Source: Paragordius varius (Eukaryota; Animalia; Nematomorpha). From it: a DNA stretch of 64,000 nucleotides. Below the pieces are notes generated by a model. It was not told the origin of the DNA. It worked only from the letters and a program-made list of their open reading frames with translations, and ran no database searches. A program made the position numbers and the translations under genes. Below are positions 1 through 12,260 of this stretch, in pieces; the stretch's first letter is position 1; each line of letters starts with the position of its first letter. The DNA is taken from contig OZ176059.1 in the NCBI GenBank assembly GCA_964247055.1, positions 372,001 through 436,000 on the forward strand, written 5' to 3'.

Positions 1-558
1 TGTTAATAATATCTAGAGAGCCATGCGAATTAGGTATAGTTTTAGATTCCAGGTTATAAGTGGCATTGTGTTGACACAATAACGAATGATTAAAATGTGT
101 TAAAAAATGTGATCTCCGCACAATCGTTTCATCATTTTCTGTCGTCGACATCACAATTACCCTCGTTTATATCGTATGAATATTAAATTAAAATAGAGCT
201 TCTATCCTGATATTATGTGCAACATAAAATATTTTGTTAACATAGATATATTAAAAAAATGTGAATTATTATTATGTTTAAATATTTTTTATTTCAGGTG
301 TATTACAAACAAATGTAATAATAAATGGTAATTGTTGATTTTTAATACACTTTCCATCCATGGTGTTTGAAACATTTGTGTTGTTTTAGCAATCAAAGAG
401 CAACAACACTCTTTGGTCAATAAAAAATTTCATACTCAAATACCAACCGTGGACTAATAATAGCACATGCGATTCAAATTTTTTTGGAAATGCCTACGTA
501 AAGTTGAATGAATTTTCATAAATCCATTCTAATAATCCTAAAACTTTTTTGTCTAGAT

Positions 559-859
559 CAGTGGTGACTAATATGCGACCTTCTGAGACTATGCGGCCCG
601 CGATAATTTTAGATGTCCCTAATTCACAACACGTTCATAAAATCATAGTATAAGCGATATTTGTTTAATAAATTACTAAATCTATTTAATTGGGACAAAC
701 TAGAGAATTTTACATTGTGCTTGCATTTTACTGTCTTATGTTTGAAATGTAATAAATTAGTTATGAATGTCCATATATATATTTCATATGCGGCTCATTA
801 AGGTTTTTAGGGTAAAATATGCTGTGCACGAAGCCATTTGTGTGGATTATATACCCCTG
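559..859. mobile_element. hAT-like MITE (CAGTGGTG...ACCCCTG ends, GCGGCCCGC subterminal motifs)
   Basis: Termini and GCGGCCCGCG / GAAGCCATTTG motifs recur at ~11645-11878, inside all three family A interiors, and as fragments at ~18315-18350, 35345-35400 and 41895-41925. The hAT assignment rests on end motifs only. Confidence 0.5.
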
Positions 860-1378
860 TTGTAAATTACAGGGTGTCCAAAAATATTTTTCATTATTAT
901 TATTTTTAATAAAAAATGTAAATGAAATCTGGTATTACGCATGTAAGAAATATGTGAATTAAATTTATTAAACCGTTTCCATAATTTTTTTTACCTATTT
1001 TAACACTTGGATACAACGCATTCATTTCAGTCCTTTGATTCTAATTGGGGTAGTTAGATACCCCAGGCTTGCTTAAAATTAATTATTTTGAAAAATATGG
1101 AATAAATTGAAACCATTGCAAAAGTTTGCACTTATATCACATTACTGAACCAAATATAAAAAAATTTATTCAAAAATAATTGATGAAACTTATTCAGGTG
1201 CAAACCTCAAAGGTGAAATTTTAGCCAACATGACATATGTGCCTAAGCTAAATGTGAAAATAATGTAAAATATACCACTTTTTCTGTTTGTATCAATGTT
1301 AAATGTGATTTTACTAAAAAAGTAAAGTTCTTTTTGGGTTTAGAATCAAATAAACGCGATAATTTGCAAATATGTATA

Positions 1379-2848
1379 CCATTTCCCAGTCTAAATAAAC
1401 GTTTTCCCAGTCAATCGAAACATTTTCCCAGTCAATCGAAACGTTTTCCCAGTCAATCGAAACGTTTTCCCAGTCAATCGAAACATTTTCCCAATCAATC
1501 GAAACGTTTTCCCAATCAATCGAAACGATTTCCCAGTCAATCGAAACATTTTCCCAGTCAATAAAAACATTTTCCCAATCAATAAAAACTTTTTCCCAGT
1601 CAATAAAAACGGTTTTATTTTTGATGATAAATATCAAAACAAGACATAAAATTAACTTTTAACCATTATCAGCGTAATATTAGGATATTATTTTTCATGA
1701 AAAAACAATTATTGAATGACAATTTTCCAAGTATATTCCAATGGACAATCATTACTTATTCTTTAAAAGTTATATTTTTTGTAATTTGAGATGTTTATAA
1801 GATAATATTTTTTATTTTATTGATGGTTCGCATTAATATTTGCCCAACGCTTCAACACAATTTTAAAAAGTCAGGTTTTTCCATAAAAATACTGTCGGAA
1901 AAAATATCTAATTTAAAAAATATTTAATAAGATATTTGACTACTAGAGGGGTGTCCTACCAAAAGACTTCGCGGGCCGCATTACTCAAAAAGCACGGTGT
2001 TCCGCATTTGATATATTTCATAAATAATTTTTCGATTAGATATAAGACTGCAAAATACAAAAATTTAACAATTTTTTTTAATTTGTTACCAATTTAATAG
2101 ACTCATTCAGAGTAATTGCGTAAGGAATATGAATATTACTAAGATTTTGTGGGCATATTTTTGCATATGGATTTCTAAATTTTTAGTGGGCCGCACAAAG
2201 ATACTTGGCACTTCGCGTTGGGCACCCTATGAACCAAATGATAAATTTTATAAAATTAGGGTAAAATTTATGTTTAAGATCCAATATGAAGTGTTAAATG
2301 ACCTTTGAGATAAAAATGGTATATTATTAATATTTCATCCGTAACTCTAGATTTTGTAAGTGCCGCATATAATGCGAACCATCAATAAAATAAAAAAATA
2401 TTAACTTATAAACATCTCAAATTACAAAAAATATAACTTTTAAAGAATAAGTAATGATTGTCCATTGGAATATACTTGGAAAATTGTCATTCAATAATTG
2501 TTTTTTCATGAAAAATAATATCCTAATATTACGCTGATAATGGTTAAAAGTTAATTTTATGTCTTGTTTTGATATTTATCATCAAAAATAAAACCGTTTT
2601 TATTGACTGGGAAAAAGTTTTTATTGATTGGGAAAATGTTTTTATTGACTGGGAAAATGTTTCGATTGACTGGAAAAATGTTTCGATTGATTGGGAAAAC
2701 GTTTTGATTGACTGGGAAAATGTTTTGATTGACTGGGAAAACGTTTCGATTGATTGGGAAAACGTTTCGATAGACTGGGAAAACGTTTCGATTGACTGGG
2801 AAAATGTTTCGATTGACTGGGAAAACGTTTATTTAGACTGGGAAATGG
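1379..2848. mobile_element. Foldback-like non-autonomous DNA transposon, family A copy 1 (~460-bp TIRs with 21-bp tandem units)
   Basis: Flanked by TA; ends are CCATTTCCCAGTCTAAAT and ATTTAGACTGGGAAATGG. Each arm has ~11-12 units of CCCAGTCAATCGAAACGTTTT. Arms are ~1379-1835 and ~2370-2848; the interior is non-coding. Confidence 0.9.
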
Positions 2849-3054
2849 TATATTTAAATAAAAATGGCGTCCAGGTAGTTTTATACGGAATTTTTTTTCA
2901 AAACTAAATTTTATTTAGATATTTTGGTGTATTTATATAATTTTTATTAGGATAGAAGCAATATTGAAGTACCGCTTTTTTGAGAGGATTTTTAAAAATT
3001 TTAACTTATAAATTGTCTGGGGTATTTTGATACCCCAAAGAATCGAAATGTATA

Positions 3055-4482
3055 CCATTTCCCAGTCTAAATAAACGTTTTCCCAGTCAATCGAAACATT
3101 TTCCCAATCAAACAAAACGTTTTCCCAGTCAATCGAAACGTTTTCCCAGTCAATCGAAACATTTTCCCAGTCAATCGAAACGTTTTCTCAGTCAATCGAA
3201 ACATTTTCCCAGTCAATAAAAACATTTTCCCAATCAATAAAAACGTTTTCCCAGTCAATAAAAACGGTTTTATTTTTGATGATAAATATCAAAACAAGAT
3301 ATAAAAATAACTTTTAACCATTATCATCGTAATATTAGGATATTATTTTTTATAAAAACACAATTATTATATGACAATTCTAAATATATTCCAGTGCACA
3401 ATCATTAATGACTTATTCTTTAAAAATTATATTTTTGGAATTTGAGATGTTTTTAAGATAAGATTTTTTATTTTATCGATGGTTCGCATCAATATCTGTG
3501 GCTAAATTATAAAATCTATAGTTACGGATTAAATAATAAAATTTATAAAAATATACCATTTTTATCTGAAAGGTCATTTAACACCTCCTATTGGATCTTA
3601 AACATAAATTTTACCCTAATTTTAATATTTATCATTTGGTTTATCGGGTGCACAACGCGGCCTGCCGAGTATCTTTGTGCGGCCAGCTAAAAATTTAGAA
3701 ATCCATAAAATCACAAAATCTTAGTAATTTTCATATTTCTTACGCAATTATAATAAATGAGTCTGTTAAATTTGTAACAAATTAAAAAAAATTGTTATAT
3801 TTTTGTATTTTAAAGTATTACGTCTAATCGAAAAATTATTTATGAAATATATCGAACGGAACGCTGTGCTTTTTGAGTAATGCGGCCCGCAAAGCCATTT
3901 GGTTAGACACCACTGTTTTAGTCAAATATCTTTTTACTTAATATTTTTAAATTTATCGAAAAAAATTTTTGTTTAGAATTTTTTTCCGACAGTATTCTAA
4001 TGGAAAAACTTGAAATGTTTAAAAACTGTTTTGAAGCGTTCGGCAAATATTAATGCGAACCATTAATAAAAAATCTTATCTTAAAAACATCTCAAATTCC
4101 AAAAATATAATTTTTAAAGAATAAGTCATTGATGATTGTGCACTGGAATATATTTAGAATTGTCATATAATAATTGTGTTTTTATAAAAAATAATATCCT
4201 AATATTACGATGATAATGGTTAAAAGTTATTTTTATATCTTGTTTTGATATTTATCATCAAAAATAAAACCGTTTTTATTGACTGGGAAAACGTTTTTAT
4301 TGATTGGGAAAATGTTTTTATTGACTGGGAAAATGTTTCGATTGACTGAGAAAACGTTTCGATTGACTGGGAAAATGTTTCGATTGACTGGGAAAACGTT
4401 TCGATTGACTGGGAAAACGTTTTGATTGATTGGGAAAATGTTTCGATTGACTGAGAAAACGTTTATTTAGACTGGGAAATGG
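3055..4482. mobile_element. Family A copy 2 (opposite orientation to copy 1)
   Basis: Same termini and TA flanks; its interior is the reverse complement of the copy 1 interior. Confidence 0.9.
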
Positions 4483-7400
4483 TATATTTGATAATTATAC
4501 CTACAGTAAAAATTGAAATTATACGGACAAAACGTAAAAATATAAAGACAAAAATTTTTTTTCAAAAGACAACCACACTCTTTTAAATCTTAATTTTTCT
4601 AAAAATCATTTAATAGCAATCTTAAAATACATAATTGATTGTATTATCAATTACCTATTTTATGTTATATTTTGCAGTTCAAAATAATGAGTTATATTCA
4701 AAAAAATCAATAAAACGTATGGTTGTCTTTTAAAGAAAATATTTGTCTTTATATTTTTACGTTTTGTCCGTATAATTTCAAATTTTACTATATGTTCCAA
4801 TTTTAAATAATTATTCATTAAGAAAATATAAATTACAGCATCATTCCCTACATTGTCAAAATTTTTTAGTTGTTTCTTTACAAATTAGCTTTAATCTAAA
4901 TCCAAAAAACAGTTATTTACCTTTTACCCTTTTAATAATTTTAAATATATATATTTTAGAATTATAACATCTATTCAAAAATGTGATATCTTTCAACAAT
5001 TAAAAATTGGGTGTCGATTTGGTTTCTTCATCTAGATTAGTTTAAATGAATGGCTCACACATACCTAAAGAAAAATTTTATTGTGCAAAAATTTTCTCAG
5101 GGTAATAATCCAAACTAGTTTTATATAAGCTGAGACAGTGTAAGATTGGGTTTAAAATAAAAATTAAAAGAAAATCATGGCAATACTCTATTGATAACTA
5201 TGGCATAAAAAGTATGATAGGCTTTATATTCATTGTATTGAATAATAATAATTAAATTAACCATCTTATAGTCGTGCGACACATGCAGTAAAAATCGGAC
5301 AAAATGTAAAGTAGAAGGCAAATATTTATAAAAAATGTAACATACATACTTTTCGAATCTTAACTTTTTTTTCAATTAAAGTTACTTTGTTTTGAACGGT
5401 AAAGATGTAATTTCAATTTAAACTGTATCTTCATAATTTATGTAAGAAAAAAAATCAAGATTTCAAAAAGTAGAGATTAGCCTTTAAAAAATTATATTTA
5501 TATTTTTACGTTTTTTCAGTCTAATCATTCAATTTTCATTGTAAGAATAACGTTAAAATTGAGGGTGTTCATTTATAAACGCTTTTAAATGTAATTTTAA
5601 AAAAGCCATTCAAACTTGACACCATATATTACTATATTTTGCCAAAGAGACCTTGAAGGAAAAAAAAATAGTATGAGGCACTCATAGACCCCCCAACCCA
5701 TAATGAGCTCAGTTATGGGAAAATACATGAGAAATTCCCATTTTTGAGAAAACTTAAATCGAATTTAAAATTAAAACTTAATCATTACGTTTTCACCTTT
5801 TTTTTTCTAGTTTACATTTTGGTGTAATTTCATATACTTCAATTTTGTAAATAAACTACAATTGTGAATTTAGTTAAAATTCAATTATCAAAAGATAAAA
5901 AGCTTATATTATTAAATATGACTTCTCTAGAGAAAATTGGTAAAATCCAAAACATGGTTGAAACGAACTGCAATATTAAAATCAAAGTATATCTATTGTT
6001 TTTGCTGGTAAAATGTTGCTGAAAGCTTTTAAAGTTAATTATTTGATTTTCTAACCATAATATACATTTGTTTGCACATTTTATAACAAATATGATTCTC
6101 ACCATAGAGTAACATGGTATATATGGATGCAATCTGAAGTCTTTAGTTACTTGGTATCACCATTTCAATAAATATCATCCCTTGATATCCTTTAGAAAAA
6201 CTTATCTTTTATTCAAAAATCTTCGACATAAATATTCGTCAATAATTACTAAATTTCATTTTCCATCTCTTAAAGTTAAACCGTTTCCATCTAACATAAA
6301 ATAATATTAAAAGTTAAGTATGCCTGCATTAAGAATTTTTTTTGATTTATAGGACTATAAAAACAGGATCTTAGCTATTTTGCGTTTATTATCTAAAATT
6401 AACCCATTGCAAGTTATAAAAATAGATATGCGGGGCTAACATAATAAACTGTGATATAAATATTGTTTCTTTATATTTACAGTTAATAATTTATTATTAA
6501 AAATGGAATGAAATATTTAGCTGTCCTAAAATTTTTGGCATATTGGTCATCTTTTCGCAATATTTCGGTGTGATGCAGTTGTTGTAAAAGGGAAAAATTG
6601 CTAAAATGATTTGTAAAACAAAAAAATAATAGGACCATGAGGCTAATGAATTTTTCAATATATTTTTATTAGAATAAGATATTTTATAATCTCCGATAAC
6701 GTTCACTATAATTTATTACTTCCTCGGGTTTTATATTTTTTAAAAAAGTGTTTTTTTACGAATTTGAAGTTTACACTGCACACAAAATATCGGGGTTAAA
6801 AATATCTTAATTTTATATATATTTTAGATATATGTATTAGGATTTTCATGCTTTTATGTTACCGGTGATATAAGAAAACCTTTACTTATGTGGAAATTGC
6901 CCGATATTGTAAAATGGGAAAATAAGCGTGCATTATGCTAAATAATTATTGGTAAAAGCTAAATGTTCAAATATCATATTATATATATATATATATATCT
7001 ATATAAATATCCCGATAAAATATATATATTATGATGGAAAAATGAATCATTATCATGGTGCTTTTGGTTTTGGCCCTTATGACGGATATAAGATAATTAA
7101 ACTTTTGTGGATTGCTCGATATCATAAAATGGAAACTTTGCGCACATTTTTATAAAATATAGGTGAAAACTAAATGCCTCATTCCAAAAAAGATCACTAA
7201 AATATATTTTAAAATACATATGAAAGGCAAAATAATATTTTTTTATAAATTTTAATTTTTAGATGTGGGCTCCAAAAGTCGTAAAATTTTTCTCTCTTCC
7301 AAACAACTCTAGGTTTAAAGGTTAAATATAAGCTAAATTTTGTTATCAAATAAAAATATTTAGTATCTTTTTTCAAATATTTAATAGCAAAATTTGGGCA

Positions 7401-7609
7401 AAGCACCGATATTATTTCGAGGCGTGGAAACAGTTTACAAACGCTTTAAGATATTATAAAAATACTTTTTCTATATAATTCAGTAATTCTGAACATTACT
7501 GCGTTAGTAAAAACACAATATATAATTAACATATATTTTAAGACGAACTAAATCGAAATTCTGAGGTGATAGAAATGTTCAGCACCATGCAAAAATAATG
7601 CTTTAATAA

Positions 7610-7875
7610 AATTTGATAACGTGTTTTTTATTGTTGTTCCTAAGGTCGATTCCGACTAACTGCAACATTGAAAATATAGTTTCTCCATTTCGAATACCAG
7701 ATCTAACGTTTAGTTCGGATAGTGATTGGTTGGTTTCTTTGAGGATGTTATCCATCCAACGAGTTCGTCTTCTTCCTCTTTTACGAGGACCATTTAATTT
7801 TCCCACCATCAGTGTATTTTCAAGTGAGTTGGCTCTCATAATGTGGACAAAAAAAGTAATTTCGCCGTATTAAGC
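7610..7875 (-). mobile_element. 5'-truncated RTE-clade LINE (RT C-terminus and 3' end)
   Basis: Minus-strand translation NSLENTLMVGKLNGPRKRGRRRTRWMDNI matches the RTE/BovB C-terminal motif; the 3' end has GTCGGAATCGAC followed by a short (CAA)n/AATAA tail. Confidence 0.8.
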
Positions 7876-8319
7876 TGCCTAGAAGTGACATTTCCGGAAT
7901 TTTATTTAAAATAGTGGTGTTAGAAATTTTGTCTGATCATTTTATTTGGAGAAGTTACCTCCAAACGACTAATTCGAAAAAATTTATTAGTCATTCATAT
8001 TTTTTCAGTGTCCAGCTTTCCCCCATACAGGAATATGACCGTTTCACTCAAAATAGTATGAAACACGCTTCAAACAAATTTTGCCGAAATTTTTGAAAAA
8101 ATCCGCATTTTTGAAAGTATTTTTAGCCATATTAATATTTGGCAAATATTCAAAATATTTATCACGCAATCTCGCCATTTTTGTTTTGTTTTAACAAAAT
8201 TTTAGAACTATCGGCCTTACATCTAAAATTTTTTTCAAATATTTTTTATATCTAGTTTATGATACATTTTAGTGATATTTAAATAATTTGGCTTTCGCCA
8301 AAAAAATTTTGTTAAAACT

Positions 8320-8900
8320 TCGATTCAAATTGGGGTATCTAAATACCCCAGACTAAATTTGAGTTGGGATTTTTAAAAAACTACTGAAGGAATCGATCCC
8401 AATTTAAATTTTTGCTTCTTTCCTAATAATAATTATATTAATATGCCAAAATATCTAAATTAAATTTTGTTTTAAAAAAAAGTTCCATGTCCAACTTCGA
8501 CGCCATTTTTATTTCACAAAATTTTCGCAAGATATTGTCTTAATTTAATTTAAAGGGCAAAATTAAAGCTAATTTTTTTATTTAAATCACATCTAACATT
8601 GATAGAAATAGAAAAAGCTGTTTATTTTATATTTTCTTCAATTTTACCATTGTACGCATGTCACGTTGAGTAAATTTTTACCTTTCGGTTTTATCTTAAA
8701 ATAAGTAATATCAAGTATTTTTGAATAAAATTTTTATATATTTCGGTTTATTAATGTTATATAGGTGCAAGATTTTGCCATGGTTTCGATTGCTTCCATA
8801 TTTTTGAAAAAATTTAATTTTAAACAGGTCTGGGGTATTTAACTGCCCCAATTTAAATCAAAGGACCAAAATGAATGTGTTGTATCCAAGTGTTAAAAAA
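8320..8900 (-). mobile_element. Dispersed repeat family E (GGGGTAT..ATACCCC palindromes near both ends), uninterrupted copy
   Basis: Reverse complement of ~1000-1376 joined to ~2851-3045, i.e. of the element that family A copy 1 interrupts. Confidence 0.7.
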
Positions 8901-9511
8901 AGGTGTGGCCATTTTTTGATATGAGGTGCCTACCACAAAAGAGTTTAAATACAAGTGCCTAAATCAAAAGCACCATAATCTTTACATCATATCAGAATTT
9001 TTATATATGATCAGAATATTTTATGTGTGACTGTAAATGGTGCTAACATTTAGTATGTATTTATGTATTAAACATAGCATACATTACAATTTCCGTGAAA
9101 ATAAAAATCCACTCAAAAGTATTAAAAAATATAATTTTACAGCTAGAAAGGAATTTAGGAATCCCTATTTAATGTGGTGCCCATGAATATATTTTTAAAT
9201 AATATAAAATAATATCTTGTTTGGCCGCTAGATTATTTTAATTTTATTTTATAAAAATTAAGTTAAAAAATAAAATTTATCAAGTTTAAAATGAGAATAT
9301 TTCTCTGCAAATAAATTTAGACCCTCATTTTAATATTAGAACCTAAAGGTTTACCAATTTATTATTAAATAAATAAGTATAATCTTTGATTAGTATCTTT
9401 TGACTATGGGATCCGTATATAATTGTAAAATAAATTCATGTCTAAAAAATTTATCATACTAATGTACCGTTAGCATCATATGGAGCTCTAATCTAATAAT
9501 TTAAACATCTG

Positions 9512-11477
9512 ATGAGCGTGAGGGAAGGTTTAAATTTTTTTAAAACATTTTTTATCAAGCTCGAAAAAATTTCCGTTTAAATTCGTATGTAAACCGTCTT
9601 GATGAATCTAACCGGCTTCGCCGATTAAATAAAAGATTGGAATTGTATGAAAGAGATAATTTCCAGGAAGATCCACATGCCAATGTTACGGTAAACAAGA
9701 AAGCACCTAAATTTGATGAAACAACAGGTATTTATGACCCTTAAAATTTAAATATAGAAAAGAAAAAACGTAAAACTAAAAGTGATTGGAGACGTGAAAA
9801 ATATACCAAAAGTTTAGCGATGCTTATTGAAGAGGTTATTACATTACATTTTTAAGTTAAAACTAAACGACTAATACTTCTATTTTAAAAATGACAACCC
9901 TTGTTTAAATAATCATGATTTTTAAGCTTGCACGACTGGAAATAAACTTGCAAACTCTAAACCAATTATACAGTTTTTGCAGAATCTACGTTTAAATGTA
10001 CATGATTGTCTTTTTAACAATAAATTTGTCTTTTATTTGTTTTATTTTCATAGTTTTAATTTTTATTTTTTACTGTATCATACAGCAAGTTGATAAATCT
10101 AAAACTCCAAATTACTTTTCCATCAAAGCCAAACCATCTCGTTTACCGCCGCGCCATTTTTGCTCAGTTTGTGGATATCCTTTTTTTTCAAAATTATTTA
10201 TGATAATTTCATAGATATATTTATATCATAGATTTTTTTATTGTATCTGAATATTAATTAATTAAAATTTTATTGAAAACTAACAGTTTTAAATTTAGTT
10301 TCTCTACAAAGAGAGTCATGATTCTGATATCGAGCCAATAATTTTTATTCAAAATACATTCATTGTAGAGGTGCGGTTGTCTAATATATATTTCCTTAAC
10401 TCCAAAAATTAATTCAATTGACATGAACATAAACGAATTTTTCGAATTATGTTTGCATACAATGTGGAATACGATATTGCACTGTTAGATGTCAACAGGT
10501 TCACAAAGAGACTAGGTATCTACAATAAAATTTAAATTTTACGGACAAAACGTAAAACTGAAAAGACGACAAAAACATTTTTTAAAAAAAATAACCATAC
10601 TTTAACTCTAATTTTTCTTATTTATTTGTAAAATATATATAATTGGATGTGATTGAAATATATATCTCTATTTCATACTTTGCAATTCTAAACAATGAGT
10701 TGTAACATTAGTTAAAAAGTATGGTTGTCTTTTGAAGAAAAAAATTGTCTTTATATTTTTACGTTTTGTCCGTATTATTCCAATTTTCAATTATAGAACA
10801 TAACATATTTAACTTTAAAATGTAGGGGGTTAAGAACATACAATTTTTTTTCCAACACATATGTTCCCGACTATGGGTTTTTTGGTAAAATATTTTTTTA
10901 CGAAAAAAATTAAACATTTTACCAATCAAACTCAACGCGTTTTCATACAAAACCCTCAATTTATAAAAACTCTAAAAAATGAAAGTTTATCATAAATTTG
11001 ATTTGATTTTATCCTTTTCTTCTAGTATTGAATTAGTCAAAATTAATTTAAATCTTGAGGTGTAACTTTTATTACAATTATAACCGAAGAACTAACTATT
11101 ACATTCAATTAACAATAATAAAATTCATTCCAATAATTAATCATTATATATAAACGCTTATGTAATACTGTAAAAATTGAAATTATACGGATGGAGACAA
11201 TAATTCTTTTTAAAGAGCACAACCCCATCCATATTTTATATTCAAACTGTAATTATATTTGTTCTATATAAGCTATTAGATTATAATTGTGGCATAATAT
11301 ACTTTAAATTTTAGTTTATATTTTAATTTTATTTTTTACGTTTGACAAAGATTACTAGTAATAATCGAAAATTTACCCAATAAATTTAATTTTAGCTAAA
11401 TTATAATTAAATAATAATATTAAACTTTTTGATTTAATCTTTATACTCTATTTAGATGTCTCAAATGGGTATCCTAA
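9512..11477 (+). CDS. ZNHIT1: Zinc finger HIT domain-containing protein 1 (Vps71/Swc6, SRCAP/SWR1 subunit), 6 exons, ~150 aa
   Basis: Exons 9512-9527, 9560-9727, 9758-9834, 10086-10174, 10435-10515 and 11456-11477 join in frame. The product is MSVREARKNFRLNSYVNRLDESNRLRRLNKRLELYERDNFQEDPHAN...PSRLPPRHFCSVCGNFSNYVCIQCGIRYCTVRCQQVHKETRCLKWVS*. I recognise the ZNHIT1 motifs DNFQ.DPHA, the HIT finger CxxC-x7-CxxC-x4-C-x3-C-x3-H-x4-C and the terminal RCLKW. Introns are GT-AG except intron 4 (AT-AC). Confidence 0.95.
10175..10434 (+). other. U12-type (minor spliceosome) AT-AC intron in ZNHIT1
   Basis: 5' site ATATCCTTT at 10175, branch site TTTCCTTAAC at 10391-10400, 3' AC at 10433-10434. Splicing restores CSVCG-NFS-NYVC. 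There is no GT before the in-frame TAG at 10212-10214 and no AG after the in-frame TAA at 10382-10384. Confidence 0.9.
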
Positions 11478-11999
11478 TATACAATTAATCTTAATCCTAT
11501 CTAATTTGGGAAACATGGATATGATAAATGTTTTAATTATTGCTTTTATCATTGTAATATAAATTATACTAGATATTAAAACATGTATGTATATATTGTG
11601 TATTTTATATTAATTAAATTTTTAAAAGAAAATATAAGTAATAAAACAGGGATGGTCAATTAGTAAGCCATGATTTGCAAAAACATGTCTATAAAATTAT
11701 GGAATAATCCAAACAATTTTTATTAAATAAGTCTAAATAGAAAAAAAACGAGAAAATTGTTGAAATTTGTTTTTTTATGTTTGTCAGCTAATAAATTATT
11801 TATCAAATGCCCACATATATATTTAAAATTGAGCTAAAAATGACGCCTGCAAAGCCATTTGAGCTGGAACACCCCCTGATGTAAAAAAATTGGAACTCAG
11901 AATGCTGCCCTGTTGGAAAATAAAAAATTTGTATTGTTTTATTATATACTATTTTTTAATTTTTTTTATCTCATATCTTAACTATATAAAGACAAATCT

Positions 12000-12260
12000 A
12001 TCCCGACAATAGCGTCGCCCTTTTTTTAAAAAAATTATGTCCTCAGTTTGGGCCCACCCCGTGTAAAGAACGGGTTTTTTTGAAAACACAAGTCCACAAA
12101 AATCGTGTCTTTGAGACAATTTACCGGAAAACGTGTTGGACTATTCAATTTCAAATATGACTGTTTACTTATTTTCGATCGCGCCGAACATAGTCCGCTC
12201 GCTTTTTTAATGGCCCTCTTTTTACCCGCCCATGTAAAATGCCATTTTATTAATTTTGTA
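12000..12260 (+). repeat. Dispersed repeat family F
   Basis: An inverted, diverged copy lies at ~57790-58030 (e.g. gtgtctttgagacaattt vs aattgtctcaaagacac). Confidence 0.7.

Noticed and set aside
298-457. Possible last two exons of an upstream gene (298-327, 390-457)
   Set aside because: Splice sites and frame fit, but only ~32 codons with no recognisable homology.
1314-3258. ORFs encoding IDWENVS / LTGKTFR / FPSQSKR heptad repeats (also 45160-45348)
   Set aside because: They are translations of the 21-bp family A unit, open in several frames on both strands only because the unit lacks stops. They lie inside TIRs and have no splice or start context.
5881-6330. 83-aa minus-strand ORF and a nearby ATATCCTTT
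   Set aside because: No splice path, no branch site partner and no recognisable family.
10175-10214. Read-through CSVCG-YPF as the true ZNHIT1 exon end (resembles human CGFP)
   Set aside because: It hits TAG at 10212 with no GT donor before it; the AT-AC splice gives the correct ligand spacing.
10516-11455. ZNHIT1 last intron as a second U12 intron (starts GTATCT)
   Set aside because: Lacks the CCTT of the U12 donor and has no convincing branch site.
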